DNA of 64,000 bases, taken from assembly GCF_020745735.1 (NCBI RefSeq), contig NC_083446.1, forward strand, positions 16,346,068 to 16,410,067, written 5' to 3'. This document shows, one piece after another, positions 25,381 to 38,485 of the stretch; the stretch's first letter is position 1; each line of letters opens with the position of its first letter. This DNA is from Hemiscyllium ocellatum. Its lineage: Eukaryota. Under the pieces are notes generated by a model. It searched no databases. It was not told the origin of the DNA and saw only the letters and a program-made list of their open reading frames with translations. Made by a program: the position numbers and the translations under genes.

Positions 25381-28379
25381 TGGTTGAAAATTGAGTTTGT
25401 CAAAGTTGATCGTGCTGTGCGCACTTCCTGTGTAGTTGTAATCTATGTGCCTCGCTCTGTCTCAGCACCCTAATCTTTGTATGCCATTGTTTGCTGTGTT
25501 CTGCCTGTGCTGCTAGCAAAACAAAGATTTTCAATTTAGTTAGTTACTTGTTCCACAATAAAACAAATTAAATACAGATTCAGAATTATCATACGACTCC
25601 TAATTCTAGATGATTATTGAATTCAGTCTCCACCACGAATCATAGCAGATTTATGTATCTTGTGCCTCAGAACACATTGTACAGCTGCGGATGTACAATC
25701 CAGAAACAATAACATCAGGATGTTGCTTCCTTAGTTGGCGATTATTTCATTTTTGCCATCGCTGTGACAATTTAATAACTAATTATAATTGTTTTACCTA
25801 CTGTTGCCACAGAACCTGAATGCAAGTACTTAGAGCATTCATCTGATACTTTGGAATTCACGTCCAATAGCATTACCATCGAGCCAGCGTGGTGGCAACA
25901 TAAGGTAAAGAGTTGAAATGTGGTCAACCGGAAGATATGTTATTGAACAGACGAAAGTAAGTAGGGTATGAGGAGAAGGAAGGAAAAATATTAAGTTGAA
26001 GATGGACAGAGGGGCTATGTTCCTGAAGGGACAGGGAAAAAGAATAGAGCAGTTTGCAACTTGATTTTGAAAAAAAAGTCTAAATAATGAAAAGAACAAA
26101 GAATTGAGAATGACATCGTTGAACTGTAAAGGGGTTAAAAAAAAGTGGAAAGAGGGGCACGTTTTTGAATTGAAGAGGGACAAAGAGATAAAGTATGGTA
26201 AGACAGTTGAGGGACGCAGGAAACGAGACATGTGTAGCGGTCCCAAAACCATTTGGAATTTGAGAAACACGTCATTTACAAACCTGTTCAACAATATTTC
26301 CAGACAATCAATCTCATTTAATTCGGCTGCTTGCTCGTATGAAAGTTTTTATCATTTTCACAAGGATGTTTTCAAATTGAATATATAGTTTGAAAATGTT
26401 ACCCTATTTTTCTAATGTTAGTCATAATGTTGTCATTCATGGCTTGCAGAGGAAATTTTAATGTTATTCAATTGCACATTGTCTGGATCTATGTAAAATA
26501 AAACAGTGAAACAACAAGTACAAAAGTAATTTGGTTTGGTCATTGTCACATTAGCAATTCATTACTTTGAAAATATCTGTTTCCTGTTGATGGGGAAATG
26601 TCATGTTGCTATTTTGTCACTAAGCTTTCTGCAAAGATTTTATTTCTGTACTAATTTAAATAAATGCCGGATTTGTTTTGTTGTCAGTTTAAAACCACCT
26701 GCTTATCTGTTTAAACGAGTCAGCAGCCCCTGTGGTCTGCTAAGATTATCACGACACAGCTTTCCATGAACATTGAATTCATTGCAAAAAATGACATAGT
26801 CGATGTTACGGCAAAACATATTCAAAGAAACAGAAAATCGGAGTACACAAGGAGGCTACTCGGCCCTTTGTACCCTTTATAATCGAAAAATGAGCCATGC
26901 AGCCTCAGGCCACATTCCAGTATTTGGGCTGGGGCCCGGCAAGTTGAGGATAATGTCCTTCACTGAAGACCTCTTCTGGTCTATATGTGGGTCCAGAGCC
27001 AGAACATTATGGTTCATACTTGACAACTGTCCGAAATAGCTTGAAATTTATTCAATTCAAAGGCACCACAAATTGTGAATTTAGCAGCACCATGAAGTTA
27101 TACTGTACTGTCAGCTACTAAAGGAAAAATTTAATATTCAGATCTTGTGAAATCACTGCGTATGTTGAGATTCTTTAACATTTTCTCTAAAGAACTTACT
27201 GCAGCTTTTTCATTACTGTACCTTGTGCTACTGTTCATGATACATGCAAGAATTTTCTTCTAATTTCTTTCTGACACTCTTAGTTGATTTTCTAGACTAT
27301 TACGGCATTTTCTACATTCAGCATATCACTGGTTATTTCTAATATCCCAGCTTTAAGCATCCATAATCCACACTTAACACTGGCATATTAGCAGATATTT
27401 GACCAATAGAGATTGGAGGGATGATAACCACGTATAGGCAAAAGGTTTTAAGATTGGAAAGACATTGTATGTTGGCACAATCTTATTAGGCTGAAGGCCT
27501 GTTCCTTGCTGTACTGTACTTTGCTCCCCCAATTCTTTCCATTACTACCCGACACTCTCATCACCAAAGCCCTGAGCATAAATAAGCGTGGAAATCGCCA
27601 CCAGCCTCTTTGCCACTTATTCTCCCAACTTGCAGCTTCCCAGTATAATCATAAAAATCAGATCGGCAGTTATAGCACATTTAAACTTCTCCATCAAGAG
27701 ACATATTCTAATCCACGTAAGCACAACACATTAAGTTCAGTGAAGTCATTAATCAGTGTAATTATAAATGACCAAAACATTGTTTTTAAATGACAATTCG
27801 CCAGAAATCTCACATTAATCAGTGTAATTTGTGCTTACGCTAAGTCTTATAATCATCGACTCATAAACTTCTGCAGTATTGGAAAAGCATCGACATAGAT
27901 CAAAGCCAACACCTAGCTATTATAATCCCTTGTTTTAACACTTGGTCCATTTCATTACATTTGCTAAAATTGCAAATGTACATCTTAACACTTTGTGAAT
28001 TTATGAAGGTTTCTGAATCTATCGACTCTGGAGGCAGATGAGTCCCTGACTCTCATCATATTCAGTATGTAAATGGATTAATCTAAAATTTCGTCATAAT
28101 ACTTTAAAGTTATGCCATGCTGTTCATTTTACCTTGGATCAAGGGGAAAGTTTCTTTGTGACTACAGCATCTATGCCTATCTTTTTTTAACTTCTCAGTC
28201 ATATCCTCTCTTAATGTTAGCTTTTCTCAGATAAATAACCTGTCTGCATCCAATCTCTCTTCAAAACTCTAGATCTCAGGCAAAAGCCTGTTGTACACTC
28301 CCTAGAGATATTACATTCCATCCTCTGGGGGTATGATTTTTGCATTGGGCTTAGTGCAGGATAGAAATACAAGAGGTCT

Positions 28380-28725
28380 GGGGTACGTGGCTCGGTGGTT
28401 AGTACTGCAGCCTTACAGCACCAAGGACCTGGGTCAATTACAGCCCTGTGTGACTGTCTGTGTGGAGTTAGCACATTCTCCCAGTATCTGCTCCTGTTTC
28501 CTCCAGGTGCTCCCATTTCCTCACACATTCTAAATATTTGCAGGTTAGGTGAATTGACCATGCTAAGTTGCCCATCATGCTCAGGAATGTGTACACTAGG
28601 TGTATTAGTTAGTGGAAATGTAGAGTAATAAAGGAGGGGAATGGGTTTGATAAGGAATATCTTCTTCAGGTTGATGCGTACCTGTTGGACCAAATGGTCT
28701 GTTTCCACTTATTGAGATTTTATGA
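28380..28725 (+). mobile_element. HE1-type V-SINE, older full-length copy
   Basis: ggggtacgtggctcggtggttagtactgc...ggacctgggtcaatt...caggttaggtgaattgaccatgctaagttgccc...gttggaccaaatggtctgtttccac. Confidence 0.85.
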
Positions 28726-28726
28726 T

Positions 28727-29022
28727 CCCATGATGTGGAATTCTGAACTGCACGCCATATTCTCGTTGAGGCCAAAACAACGTTTTGTTCAGTTCCAGTT
28801 CTGACCATGTATGCCTTAGCTATTTATTATAATTATTCCATATGTTTTCTTAACCACTTTATCCACATGTCTGTCAAATATCCCATGATGTGGAATTCTG
28901 AACTGCACACCATATTCATGCTGAGGCCGACACAATATGTTATTCAGTTCCAGTTCTTAACATGTACGCCTTAGCTATTTATTATAATAATTCTATGTCT
29001 TCTTAACCACTTTATCCACATG
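28727..29022 (+). repeat. Two-copy tandem duplication, period 155 bp
   Basis: cccatgatgtggaattctgaactgcac starts at 28727 and again at 28882; both units end cttaaccactttatccacatg. Confidence 0.9.
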
Positions 29023-30061
29023 CATACCAACATCCACATGATCCACGCTGCCTCCCAGCCTTCATCTGTTCATCATGGATTCCCTAGTTTTGTTTTTCCT
29101 GTCCAAGTGCATCATCTCATTTCTCCAAATTAATTCCATTTGCCATAGACAAGCCCGTGCAATACACTAATCAATTTTGTCATTAGAGTGAAGGCCAACC
29201 TCATCGCTAATTTCCAGCTGATGACTTTTTTGTTTCATTAAATAACTTTTTAAGCAACCCTTCAGTATTTAAATAATTTATATAAACAACAAAAAGCAAC
29301 ATCCCCAACATTAAATCCTGTGGAACCCCAACTGACACTGATTTCGATTGGAGCAAACGAGCCAGTTGCATCTTGCCACTCAGCTAATTATGGGTCAAAT
29401 TTGCACAATTGTCTTGGATGCCCAGGCGGTTGCCTTTGCTACCAAACTCTCATGTGGGACGTTATCAAAACAATCTTGTTGTAGTTTCAGTAGAGTCATA
29501 GAACTGTAAATAAGAAAAACAGATCCTTCTGTCTGACTCATCCGTGTTCATTAGATATCCTAAATTAATTTAGTCCCGTTCTCCAACATTTGGCACATGT
29601 CCCTGTAAACCCTATTCATGTATCAATACAAATGCCTTTGAGATGTTGTAATTGCATCCGCCTCTACCACTTCTGGCAATTTATTCTACACATGTACTAC
29701 CCTCTGCGTGCTTCAAAGAACTCCAGTGACAGCTGTCTGTATTCACTGCTGGGCGAACCAACTATGCAGGTTTATTTATCTGTCTGTTTCATTTCATTTT
29801 GTGCCTCTTGCTCTTTTTTTTGTAAAGTGCGACTGCTCTGATCTCATTTAGCCCTGTCCTCCATCTTGGATTGCACAGTATCCTAAGACTGCATCAAACA
29901 TACTGTTGTCGTCTACATACTGCTCTTTCATGTCATGCATGTAGCGCAGTAGCATTATGTCTCAAAGCAAGAGTTTTGACTTTATCCAAAGTCCATTGTC
30001 TCCTGCAGGATTATTTTGTCTCACTCACTTTAGAACTGTTTGGGAGCCATCTCGCTTCTCT

Positions 30062-30330
30062 GACAACTATAGCTTTAAATTAAGGGGTGTTAGGTATAGG
30101 ACAGATGTTAGGGGTAGATTCTTCACACAGCGGGTTGTGAGTTCATGGAATGCCCTGCCCGTATCAGTGGTGAACTCTCCTTCTTTATGGTCATTTAAGC
30201 GGGCATTGGATAGGCATTTGGAAGTTATTGGGCTAGTATAGGTTAGGTAGGATTCGGTCGGCGCAACATCGAGGGCCGAAGGGCCTGTACTGCGCTGTAT
30301 CCTTCTATGTTCTATGTTCTATGTTCTATG
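30062..30330 (+). mobile_element. Young 5'-truncated CR1 3' end with (TTCTATG)n tail, nested in an older CR1
   Basis: Open frame YSFKLRGVRYRTDVRGRFFTQRVVSSWNALP, CpGs retained, ends gggccgaagggcctgtactgcgctgtatcc(ttctatg)x4. Confidence 0.9.
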
Positions 30331-33300
30331 TACATATGTAAGAATAGTGACCAACTGCAGCTCCTCATAGACTGCGTGTTTCAGTTGGAGAAGTTTATGG
30401 ACATACTGTGGTGCGTGGAGAGAGTAATAGACACAAGGTTTTTGGCGTGGTCACAGCACATGTCCAAACAGATGGATGGGTGACCGCCAGGAGAGGCAGG
30501 CATGTAGTACAGGAGTTTCCTATAGCTATTCACTCTCAAACAGAGTACTGTTTTGGAATCTGGTGGTGGGGATAGCCTCTCAATGCATATTACAAACGGC
30601 AGCAAGACCTGTGGCAGCACAACTGGTTTTGCTGCAAAGCAGGGTGGGGCAAAGTCCAGGTGACCGACACTAGTAGGTGACTCGTTAGGTAGAGAAACGC
30701 TTCTCTGACCGTGAACAAGAGTCAAGAATGTTGTATTTTCTCCCTGGTACACGGGTACTGGATGTCTCTGGGCGGGTATAGGATATCCTGAAACGTTAGG
30801 GGAAACAGGCATAATTCCTTGCCCACATTGGCGCAAATGACATAGCTAGGAAGAAGGCAAAACCCTGTGAAGAAAATTCGGTAAGTTAGGTGGGAAGCTA
30901 TAAAATAGGCCTGCCAGATGTTAACCACAGGATTGCTACGCGTGCTATAGGCTAGTGAAGCTAGGAACAGAGGCAGAGTACAGTTGAGCACGTGGCTGCA
31001 GGGCTGGTATAGGAGGGAGGACTTTAAATATATGGATCATTGAGATGTCGTCTGGGGAGGATAGGACCTGCACAAAAAGAACAGGTTGCACCTGTACTGG
31101 AGGGGCATCAATATCCTGAATGGGAGCTGCTCTGGAGCTCCACATGAAGGTTTAAACTGATGGAGTGAGGGTTAGAATCTGATCAACAGGCAAGCAGGTT
31201 CAGGAACTGAGGACAAAATTGAGAATGAGCTATGCATAGCACAATGTAAGAGCAGCCAGAGAGAAATCGAAGAGCTCAGAGTGACTGGAGGTCTGCAGTG
31301 CATTTACTTCAATTCAAGAAATATGACATGTGAGATAAATGAACTATGAGCACGAAGTAATTAAAGGGATTATGATATTCTTGCCATTTCAGAGATTAGG
31401 TTAAAAGAGGGCCTGGACTGTCAGCTCAACCTTCCAACATATGCTGTTTGATAAAGGACAGGAAGGGAAATGAGAGGGTTGGAAAGGTTATATTGCTGGT
31501 TAGGGATTATACCATGGCTGTGTTAAGGGAGGATACATCATGGGATCTTGCAGTGAGACAGCATGGGTAAAGTTCAGAAATAAAACGTTGAATTCACAAT
31601 CTTAGGAGTTTCCTATAAACCTTCCACGACAGTCAAAGGAGCAGATATGCAATCAAAAATTGGAAAGGTGTAAAAAAGCAAGGTAATTGTGGCTGACGTC
31701 AACTTTTCACTTATTGACTAGGACTCTCTTACAGCCTGAGGCTCGAATGGACATCAATTTGCTATTTGTTTCCAGGAGGGATTTTTGAAACAAAATGTTG
31801 ACTATCCAATAAGAGAAGGTACACACTCGACTTAGCATTAGTGGATGAAACAGGACTGGTGATCCCGTCAGGAGCATTTTGAGATTCGTGACCACAGTTC
31901 TGTAGGATTTCCATTAGTCATCAACAAGAACAAGAATGGCCCTCTGTTGAGTATGATTATTTGAATAAGGGTCGAGTACACGTACAATTTACAGGTAGTG
32001 GTGAATCAGGATTGACAACAGTTACTTGAGGGTTTATAGGAGGCTTCTGAAGACCAGTTGATTGAGGTGCAGGGCAAGCATGTCCCCGCAAAACTGAAGG
32101 TTATGAACGGCAGGATTCAAGAGCCGCAGATGATGAGGAAAATTGTAAGTTTAGTCAAAAGGAGAAAGCAATCATAAGGTAAACTGACAGCTACACACTG
32201 AGGTGTATAGAGAAATTAGGAAGGCAGTCCTTGAGGAGTATATAGAAATTAGGAAGGAACATAAACGAGGAATTAGGTAGGCTAAAAAGGGACATGGAAT
32301 ATCAGCAAACAGGTTCAAGAAGAATCCCAAGGCATTTTGTGCATAAATTCGAAGAAACAGAATCGCAAGGTAAAGAGAAGGCGACTCAAGAATAAAATAT
32401 GGAAATTATGTGTGAAGATATTGGAAGTTGGAGAGATCCTTAATGAATACTTTGCATCAGTATTCACCAAGCAGAAGAACATGACTGATGTTGACATCAG
32501 GGATGAGTGTGTGAGTGCTCTCGATAATCTCAATATATTGAAGGAGGAAATTTTAGGTATCCTAAATCGCATTCAGTAGACAAGTGTCCAGGGCCAGTTG
32601 GGATCTATCCAAGGTTTAGGCGAATGCCAAGGGAAGAAATAGATAGAGGCTTAGTAAATGTCTCCAAATTCTCTTTGTCAACAGGTGAATTTCCCAAGGA
32701 ATGGATGTTAGCTAAGGTTGTTCCCTTGCTTAAAAAAGGAAACGGGGATAATCCTGGAAATATGGGACAGTGAGCCAAGCGTTTGTGATGGTGTAGCTCT
32801 TGGAGAAAATACTAATGGACAAGATATGTGCACATTTGGAAGAAAATGGACCAGTTAGTGACAAGCAGCACGGTTTTGTACAAGAATAGTCATGTCTGTC
32901 CAAACTGATTGAACTGTTTGAAGAGGTGACAAGGATTATTGTCGGGGGAAGGACAGTGGATGTAGATCATTTGGACTTTAGAAAGCCATTTAATGCAATT
33001 CCACATGGCAGATAGATTTAAAATGCCAAAGTCTCATGGGATTCGGATTGTGAAAGGATAAAACAGGATATTGATATAGTTTGTGATTTGGGCAAAGGAA
33101 CGGCAGATGGGGTTTAATCCAGACAAATGCAAGGTCGTGCATTTTTAATTGTCAAATATAGGCGTGAATTATCCTGTACATGGCAGAACACTTAGAAATA
33201 TTGATACACAAATTGATTGGTGCGTGCGAGTGGACAATTTTCTAGAAGTGGCAACACAGGTAGTCAAGGTGATTAAGGAGGCATTTGGCACGCTTGCCTT

Positions 33301-33478
33301 TATCAGCCGGGTCCTGGAGTATAAGAGTTGGCAAACCGTATTGCAGCAATATAAAACACTTGTTGGACTGCATTTTGAGTACTGAGGTGACCACATTACC
33401 AGATGAACGCTGACACTCTGGGGAAAGTGCAGAGAAGATTCACTAGGCTGTTGCCTTGTCTTGAGGACATTGGCTATG

Positions 33479-33678
33479 TCTGAAAATGTGTTGCTGGAAA
33501 AGCCCAGCATGTCAGGCAGCAGTCAAGGAGCAGGAGAATCGACGTTTCTATTGAAGAAGGGCTCATGCCCGAAACATCGATTCTCCTGCTTCTTGGATGC
33601 TGTCTGACCTGCTGTGCTTTTCCAGCAACATATTTTCAGTTCTGATCTCCAGCATCTGCAGTCCTCACTTCCTCCTAG
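33479..33678. mobile_element. Non-autonomous foldback element with a hammerhead-like motif and TSD
   Basis: 69-bp inverted arms 33480-33548 / 33571-33639 (61/69 matches by manual alignment); direct repeat cattggctatg at 33468-33478 and 33683-33693. Confidence 0.85.
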
Positions 33679-36600
33679 AAGGCATTGGCTATGGGACAAG
33701 TTAAGAAAGATTAGGATTGATTGCTTTCACACGTAAAGACAGCGGCTGAGAAGAGCTCTGGTACTGGTCTTAAAAAAATGCGATGTATAGATAAGGGCGA
33801 TAGTGAGACGCTGTTTCCCCCCCCCCCCCCCCCCCCCCCGCCAGGATTAAAGTTTCAATTTGAAAGTGGCTTAGTATCAAGGTAACAGAGTGGACTTCTA
33901 AAGGAGATACATGAGTGATTTCTTTCTTTCATGCAAGGCATGGTGAGACCTGAAACGCACTGCCAGAATAGTTGGTATAAGGAGACACGTTGACGATATT
34001 TATGAGGCATCTGGGTGTTTACATGCACAGGATACAGAGGGATATTGACCGAATTAGGGCAAAAAGTTTTTGTTAGTTTATTTTGGGCACAATAGTCTGC
34101 ACAGGCTTGGAGGGCCAAAGGGTCTGTCACTATGCTGTACTTCTGTTTTGTTCACTTGTAATTCCATGGTCTAGACAATCCCCAACTCTCACTTCGATAG
34201 TCCTGATTATAATTAGCCATGAGTTTTCACAATATGACACTGTTATGACACTGCACAATATGACTCTTTATGACACTGTTCTTGGAATTGGGAGAAGAAT
34301 CTGGAGGAAGGAGGAACAAACATCTTTTTAAAAAATTGTGCAGAATTCATACAAACTGCCAAGTAGGTTGGCAGTCTTTTACATTCCGTATCGCAGCAAG
34401 AGACATCTTCTGCTGCACAGCCACATAATCAGCAACACATATATAGGATGTCGCAATTTCACTTCAACTCACGCCCCTCTGATTGCCAGGCAGGAGTGTA
34501 AGAGCAAAACAGTGCAGAATACTACTGGTCAGGCCCAAAAAATATTATTCTAATTGTAGATTCTTTTAAAGGAAGAAAATCTGATTCATGTCGCAGGAAA
34601 CATATGTTTCCAATATTATCCGAGTTTCTAGTCTTGTGACTCGGTGATACTGCAAAATCAATTGCAGATGTTCACTTCCATTTGATTTTCTCTTCCTATT
34701 TCCATTTTTGTTCGTAGCTTTTTGATTCAAAGTTTGCTTTTCATACTCAATTATCAACGAAGGTTTGTTTGTCTTCAAAGTTCATACAAATTGTGCAGAC
34801 TTACATTAACCAACAATATTTTTTAAAACTCAGACAGTCCACATGTACAGGAACAGCATTTAGGCTTAAATAAACATAATTTCACTGCCTTGATTTTCAT
34901 TTTATTCATCGCACATCCTGTTTTTTTTTGTAAAAGCTCAGGGGTTCATGTTTTGCAGCATTTCAGCACAAAGACCTTTATCTGCCGGTTACAGCCTGCA
35001 CTTGGCAAGAATCAGCAATGTGTCAACAATGTGGTCGTAGGCATCTGTCAGGTTCTGTTAGATTTAACAAAATGGAAATGATTTACACCATAAATGGAGC
35101 ATGAAAGGAGTTCCTCCAGGTCACAATAAGTGACATGGTTAACTTTTCTTTTCCATGTACAGTTATCCCATTTTTGCTTTATATTGATGGATTTCTGAAT
35201 CTAATAGTAATTTGCTGTCTACCAGTCTTTATCGCTACGGCTGCTCCTGTACATGCTCCTGCAAATACGTAATTTATGTTTCCCATTATGATAACAGTAA
35301 GTGTCTCTTTAGCAAATGGAGATAATTTAGATATGAATAGCCAAGGTAAATGGAATAATTTTTCAGTGTGCAAAGCTTTTAGTTTCCTTAATCTAGAAGA
35401 TTTTGTCTCTCTCTTATAATTAGTTGTAAACGTTTTCTTGTTTGTTTCTCTTTGTCGTTTTTGTTTTCTTCCCTTGAACACTTTTTGTGCCAATATCTGG
35501 ATCCATTCCTTTTGGATAGAAACAGCCAACTATAGAAACATGACAGAATCAAAAGAGCCAATTCAGCCTATTCTGTAAATACTGACTGAAAAAAAATACA
35601 CTCATTCCAATTCCACAATCCTAAATTCTGGCCCGCATCACACAAGTTAGGCTGTTTTATGCAGAGTGCCTCTGAAAGACCAAAGACGGCAGCGAACTCT
35701 ATGCACCCATGGCCCTTTGGGTGAACTTTTCTTCTCTCATGTCCCTTCCAAACCTTCAACTAACCACCTGAATTTTCTGTTCCCTGATTGCTGAGTTATC
35801 TGTCAAGGAACACAAATCTTCTCTATTCACTTTCTCAAAGCCTTTCCTTATTTAGTAGATTTACAGTAAGCCAACCCTCAAACTTGTTTGCTGTATGGAC
35901 ATCACCCCCATATTATCTAAGATTTCCTCGTCGCTGCAATTTTGAAGTGAGAATAAAATTCTTCCCAATGAGTCTATGTCTCACGTTACATGCACCAAAT
36001 CGGTTTGTCTCTGTTTTGTTTTATATCCATTTGATTTTAAAAATACATATATATCTTGCCAAGCAAGAGACTGAATGAATCAATTTCCATCCTTGACAGT
36101 TATGCTAACCATTTTAAATACATGGTTACACTAACATAAGCCCAATGTGTTTAATTTATTTGCTTGAATCCAGCCCATATTAGAATAAATATCCTCCCTA
36201 TACTTAAATAGGAAATTCTGTAAGGTTGTTGTCTGATAGAGAATACAAAACTCTGTCCTTATCTGTTAAAATCATTCACATGCATTCACTAATATTTTAA
36301 ACACAGGCTGTATTATGCGGGTCTCGTTATTGACATGGCATTCTGGTGCAAATCGTTCAGTTTTAATCAATTTGTGAAATGTAATTCTTCATGCATACCG
36401 ACATTTTTATCCTACATTTGTGTCTCTCTATATCCACTTCTTATAGCAATGTTTCAATGTGTCAGGTAGATAAAAGCATGTAAACGCATAGAAGAGCATT
36501 TATTGACATCAGTAAATGTAAGTGTAGTGAGGAGATTTGGAAGAAACGTATTCGAAGTGCAGCTTGCTAAAACATCACTGAATATTACTGCTGACAGGCA

Positions 36601-37359
36601 AGAGATAGCAGCACGGAGAGAAAAAGCCTTGAATAGCATCACATGTTCTATCAGAACTTAAAATGTAAGCATTGTCATGACCCTATAATTTGATTTACTT
36701 CAAAAAAAGCTCAGATTAAGAACAGTGTTGGCAAATAGCGCATGGCCCATAACTTAAAATGTTTGATATTAATTAAGGAATAAATGTTCTGCTTCACATG
36801 GGAACACCAAGCATTGATCATTTATACCTCAGGCTGGATGAACAGAAATTGCAATTCGACAAAAGATTTTCACGTTAATTTTAAATTTAATTAATGACTT
36901 AAGTATCCCGCAAAATGATACAATAATAATCATTTGTTTTGATGTAAATATTGATAAATATTTACCAGTCTATTTACGTAAATACATTCTTGTGACATCC
37001 CTCAGATTAACCTCCACAGCGAACAAAACTCATTCGGACTGAATAAGAATCTATTGATGTTATATTGCCCAAAGTGAAATGAAAATAATTTCTTTCCTCT
37101 GATGAACAACGCACTAAATGAACACTAAGCGAATGTTGCAGCGCTCCTCGTAGTAAATACTTCATTGCTGGATTATATGCCGTATTCAATAAGAAGAAAT
37201 GTGATCCTGTAATTCATCAAGCAATAGTCCAATCATATAATATTCTGCAAATTAATTGAACATAGGCCGATTGCTGTAGTCTCCCACGAATTATGTGAGA
37301 TCAATCCATTGCTTCATAATGCCTCAAATTAAATAAATAGCAATCAATGCTATAACATA

Positions 37360-38100
37360 CCGCTCATTTCTGAACAACGTCCATTTCCTGCATTATAAGA
37401 AAGAGGAGCATAGATAGACCATACTGCCCATTGGGTTTTCCCTGTGATTTGGTCATGACTGATATGTTTCTCAACCCCAGTCTCCTGACTCTCCAAGTAA
37501 ACCTTGATCCTTTAACATTCAAGAAACTATTAATCTCTGTCGTAAGCTTACTCAATGATTTGTCTTTCACCCTCTGGCCGAATAAATTCCTCCTCATCTC
37601 AGTCCTAACGTGCCGTATCTTCAACGTGAGGCTGTGTCCTCAGCTCCTCCTTTATCTGAAAGTAGAAATATCTTCCCCACATGCACTTTATCCAGGCCTG
37701 GCAGTATTTTGCAAGTTTCATTGAGATCCCATCTTATCCTTCCTTAATCCACGGAGTACAGACGCAGTGTCCTCAATTACTCCTCATACGAGAAGTATTT
37801 CATATTCACTGTCATTCTGGAAAACTCCACCGGATCCTCTCCAATACCAGCACATCCTTCCTTATGTATGGTGTTCAAAACGGTCCACAATTCCAAATCC
37901 AGCCTGCTCAGAGCCTTACACAGCCTCTAGAATGCATCTTTGTTCTTATATTCTAGCCTTTTTGAAATTACCGCCAACATTACATTTGCCTTCCTAACTG
38001 CCAGCTGAGCCTGTATGCTAACTCCATTGAAGAACTCAATTTTCCCTACCATACTGCATAACCTCAAACTTTCCCACATTAGACTACATCTGCCAAATAT
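37360..38100 (-). mobile_element. CR1 LINE 3' fragment
   Basis: ORF 37364-37624 KIRHVRTEMRRNLFGQRV matches the CR1 C-terminus. Confidence 0.8.
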
Positions 38101-38485
38101 TAAATTACACTCCTATTCTTTAAAATTGATTGGAATGACAATCGTGTCTCTACTGAATTTCTGTTTTTGATCAAAGCTATCAATTAAAAAGGAATATTTT
38201 CCCACTGCAAATATTTCGTTAATCAACAGAGTCGGGCAAAAACCTTGGTAACGTTAGAGCCAAAACATTTGTACCAGGAAAGGAAGCTTTTTGGTTAATC
38301 GTGTTATTTTCCTACTGAAAACTAAATCCAAAATCACTGCCAATCTGTCAATTAGTCTCCCCGTTGTTGAAAGATCCAGTAAATAGTTCATTTTTCTCCA
38401 CTTCAGTAGCTGCTTACGAGGAAGGTTCGAGACGGAAATGAAAAAAAATTATTTTCTCCAGCGTCACAAAATCTCTACAGTCACC

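Larger units (their letters stand above)
27860..29700 (-). mobile_element. CR1 LINE 3' fragments (interrupted by a SINE and a tandem duplication)
   Basis: Reverse-complement CR1 ORF2 and tail motifs (catctcatttctccaaattaattccatttgcca, aaatcctgtggaaccccaactg). Confidence 0.65.
29820..34140 (+). mobile_element. Near full-length decayed CR1 LINE (ORF1 with esterase-like region, ORF2 endonuclease-RT, 3' tail)
   Basis: ORF1-like ggtgactcgttag...cacattggcgcaaatgacatagctagg (GDS...HIGANDI); ORF2 tgcatttacttcaattcaagaaat, EILNEYFASVFTKQK, AFGTLAFISRVLEYKS; tail to ~34140. Confidence 0.85.

Noticed and set aside
33479-33678. CRISPR array or prokaryotic/viral system
   Set aside because: There is no regularly spaced repeat-spacer structure anywhere; all repeats are eukaryotic retroelement-derived.
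33817-33839. C23 homopolymer (also the C-rich run at ~13409-13437) as a regulatory or G-quadruplex element
   Set aside because: It is an expansion of a short C-run inside a CR1 3' region; homopolymer length is also error-prone in assemblies.
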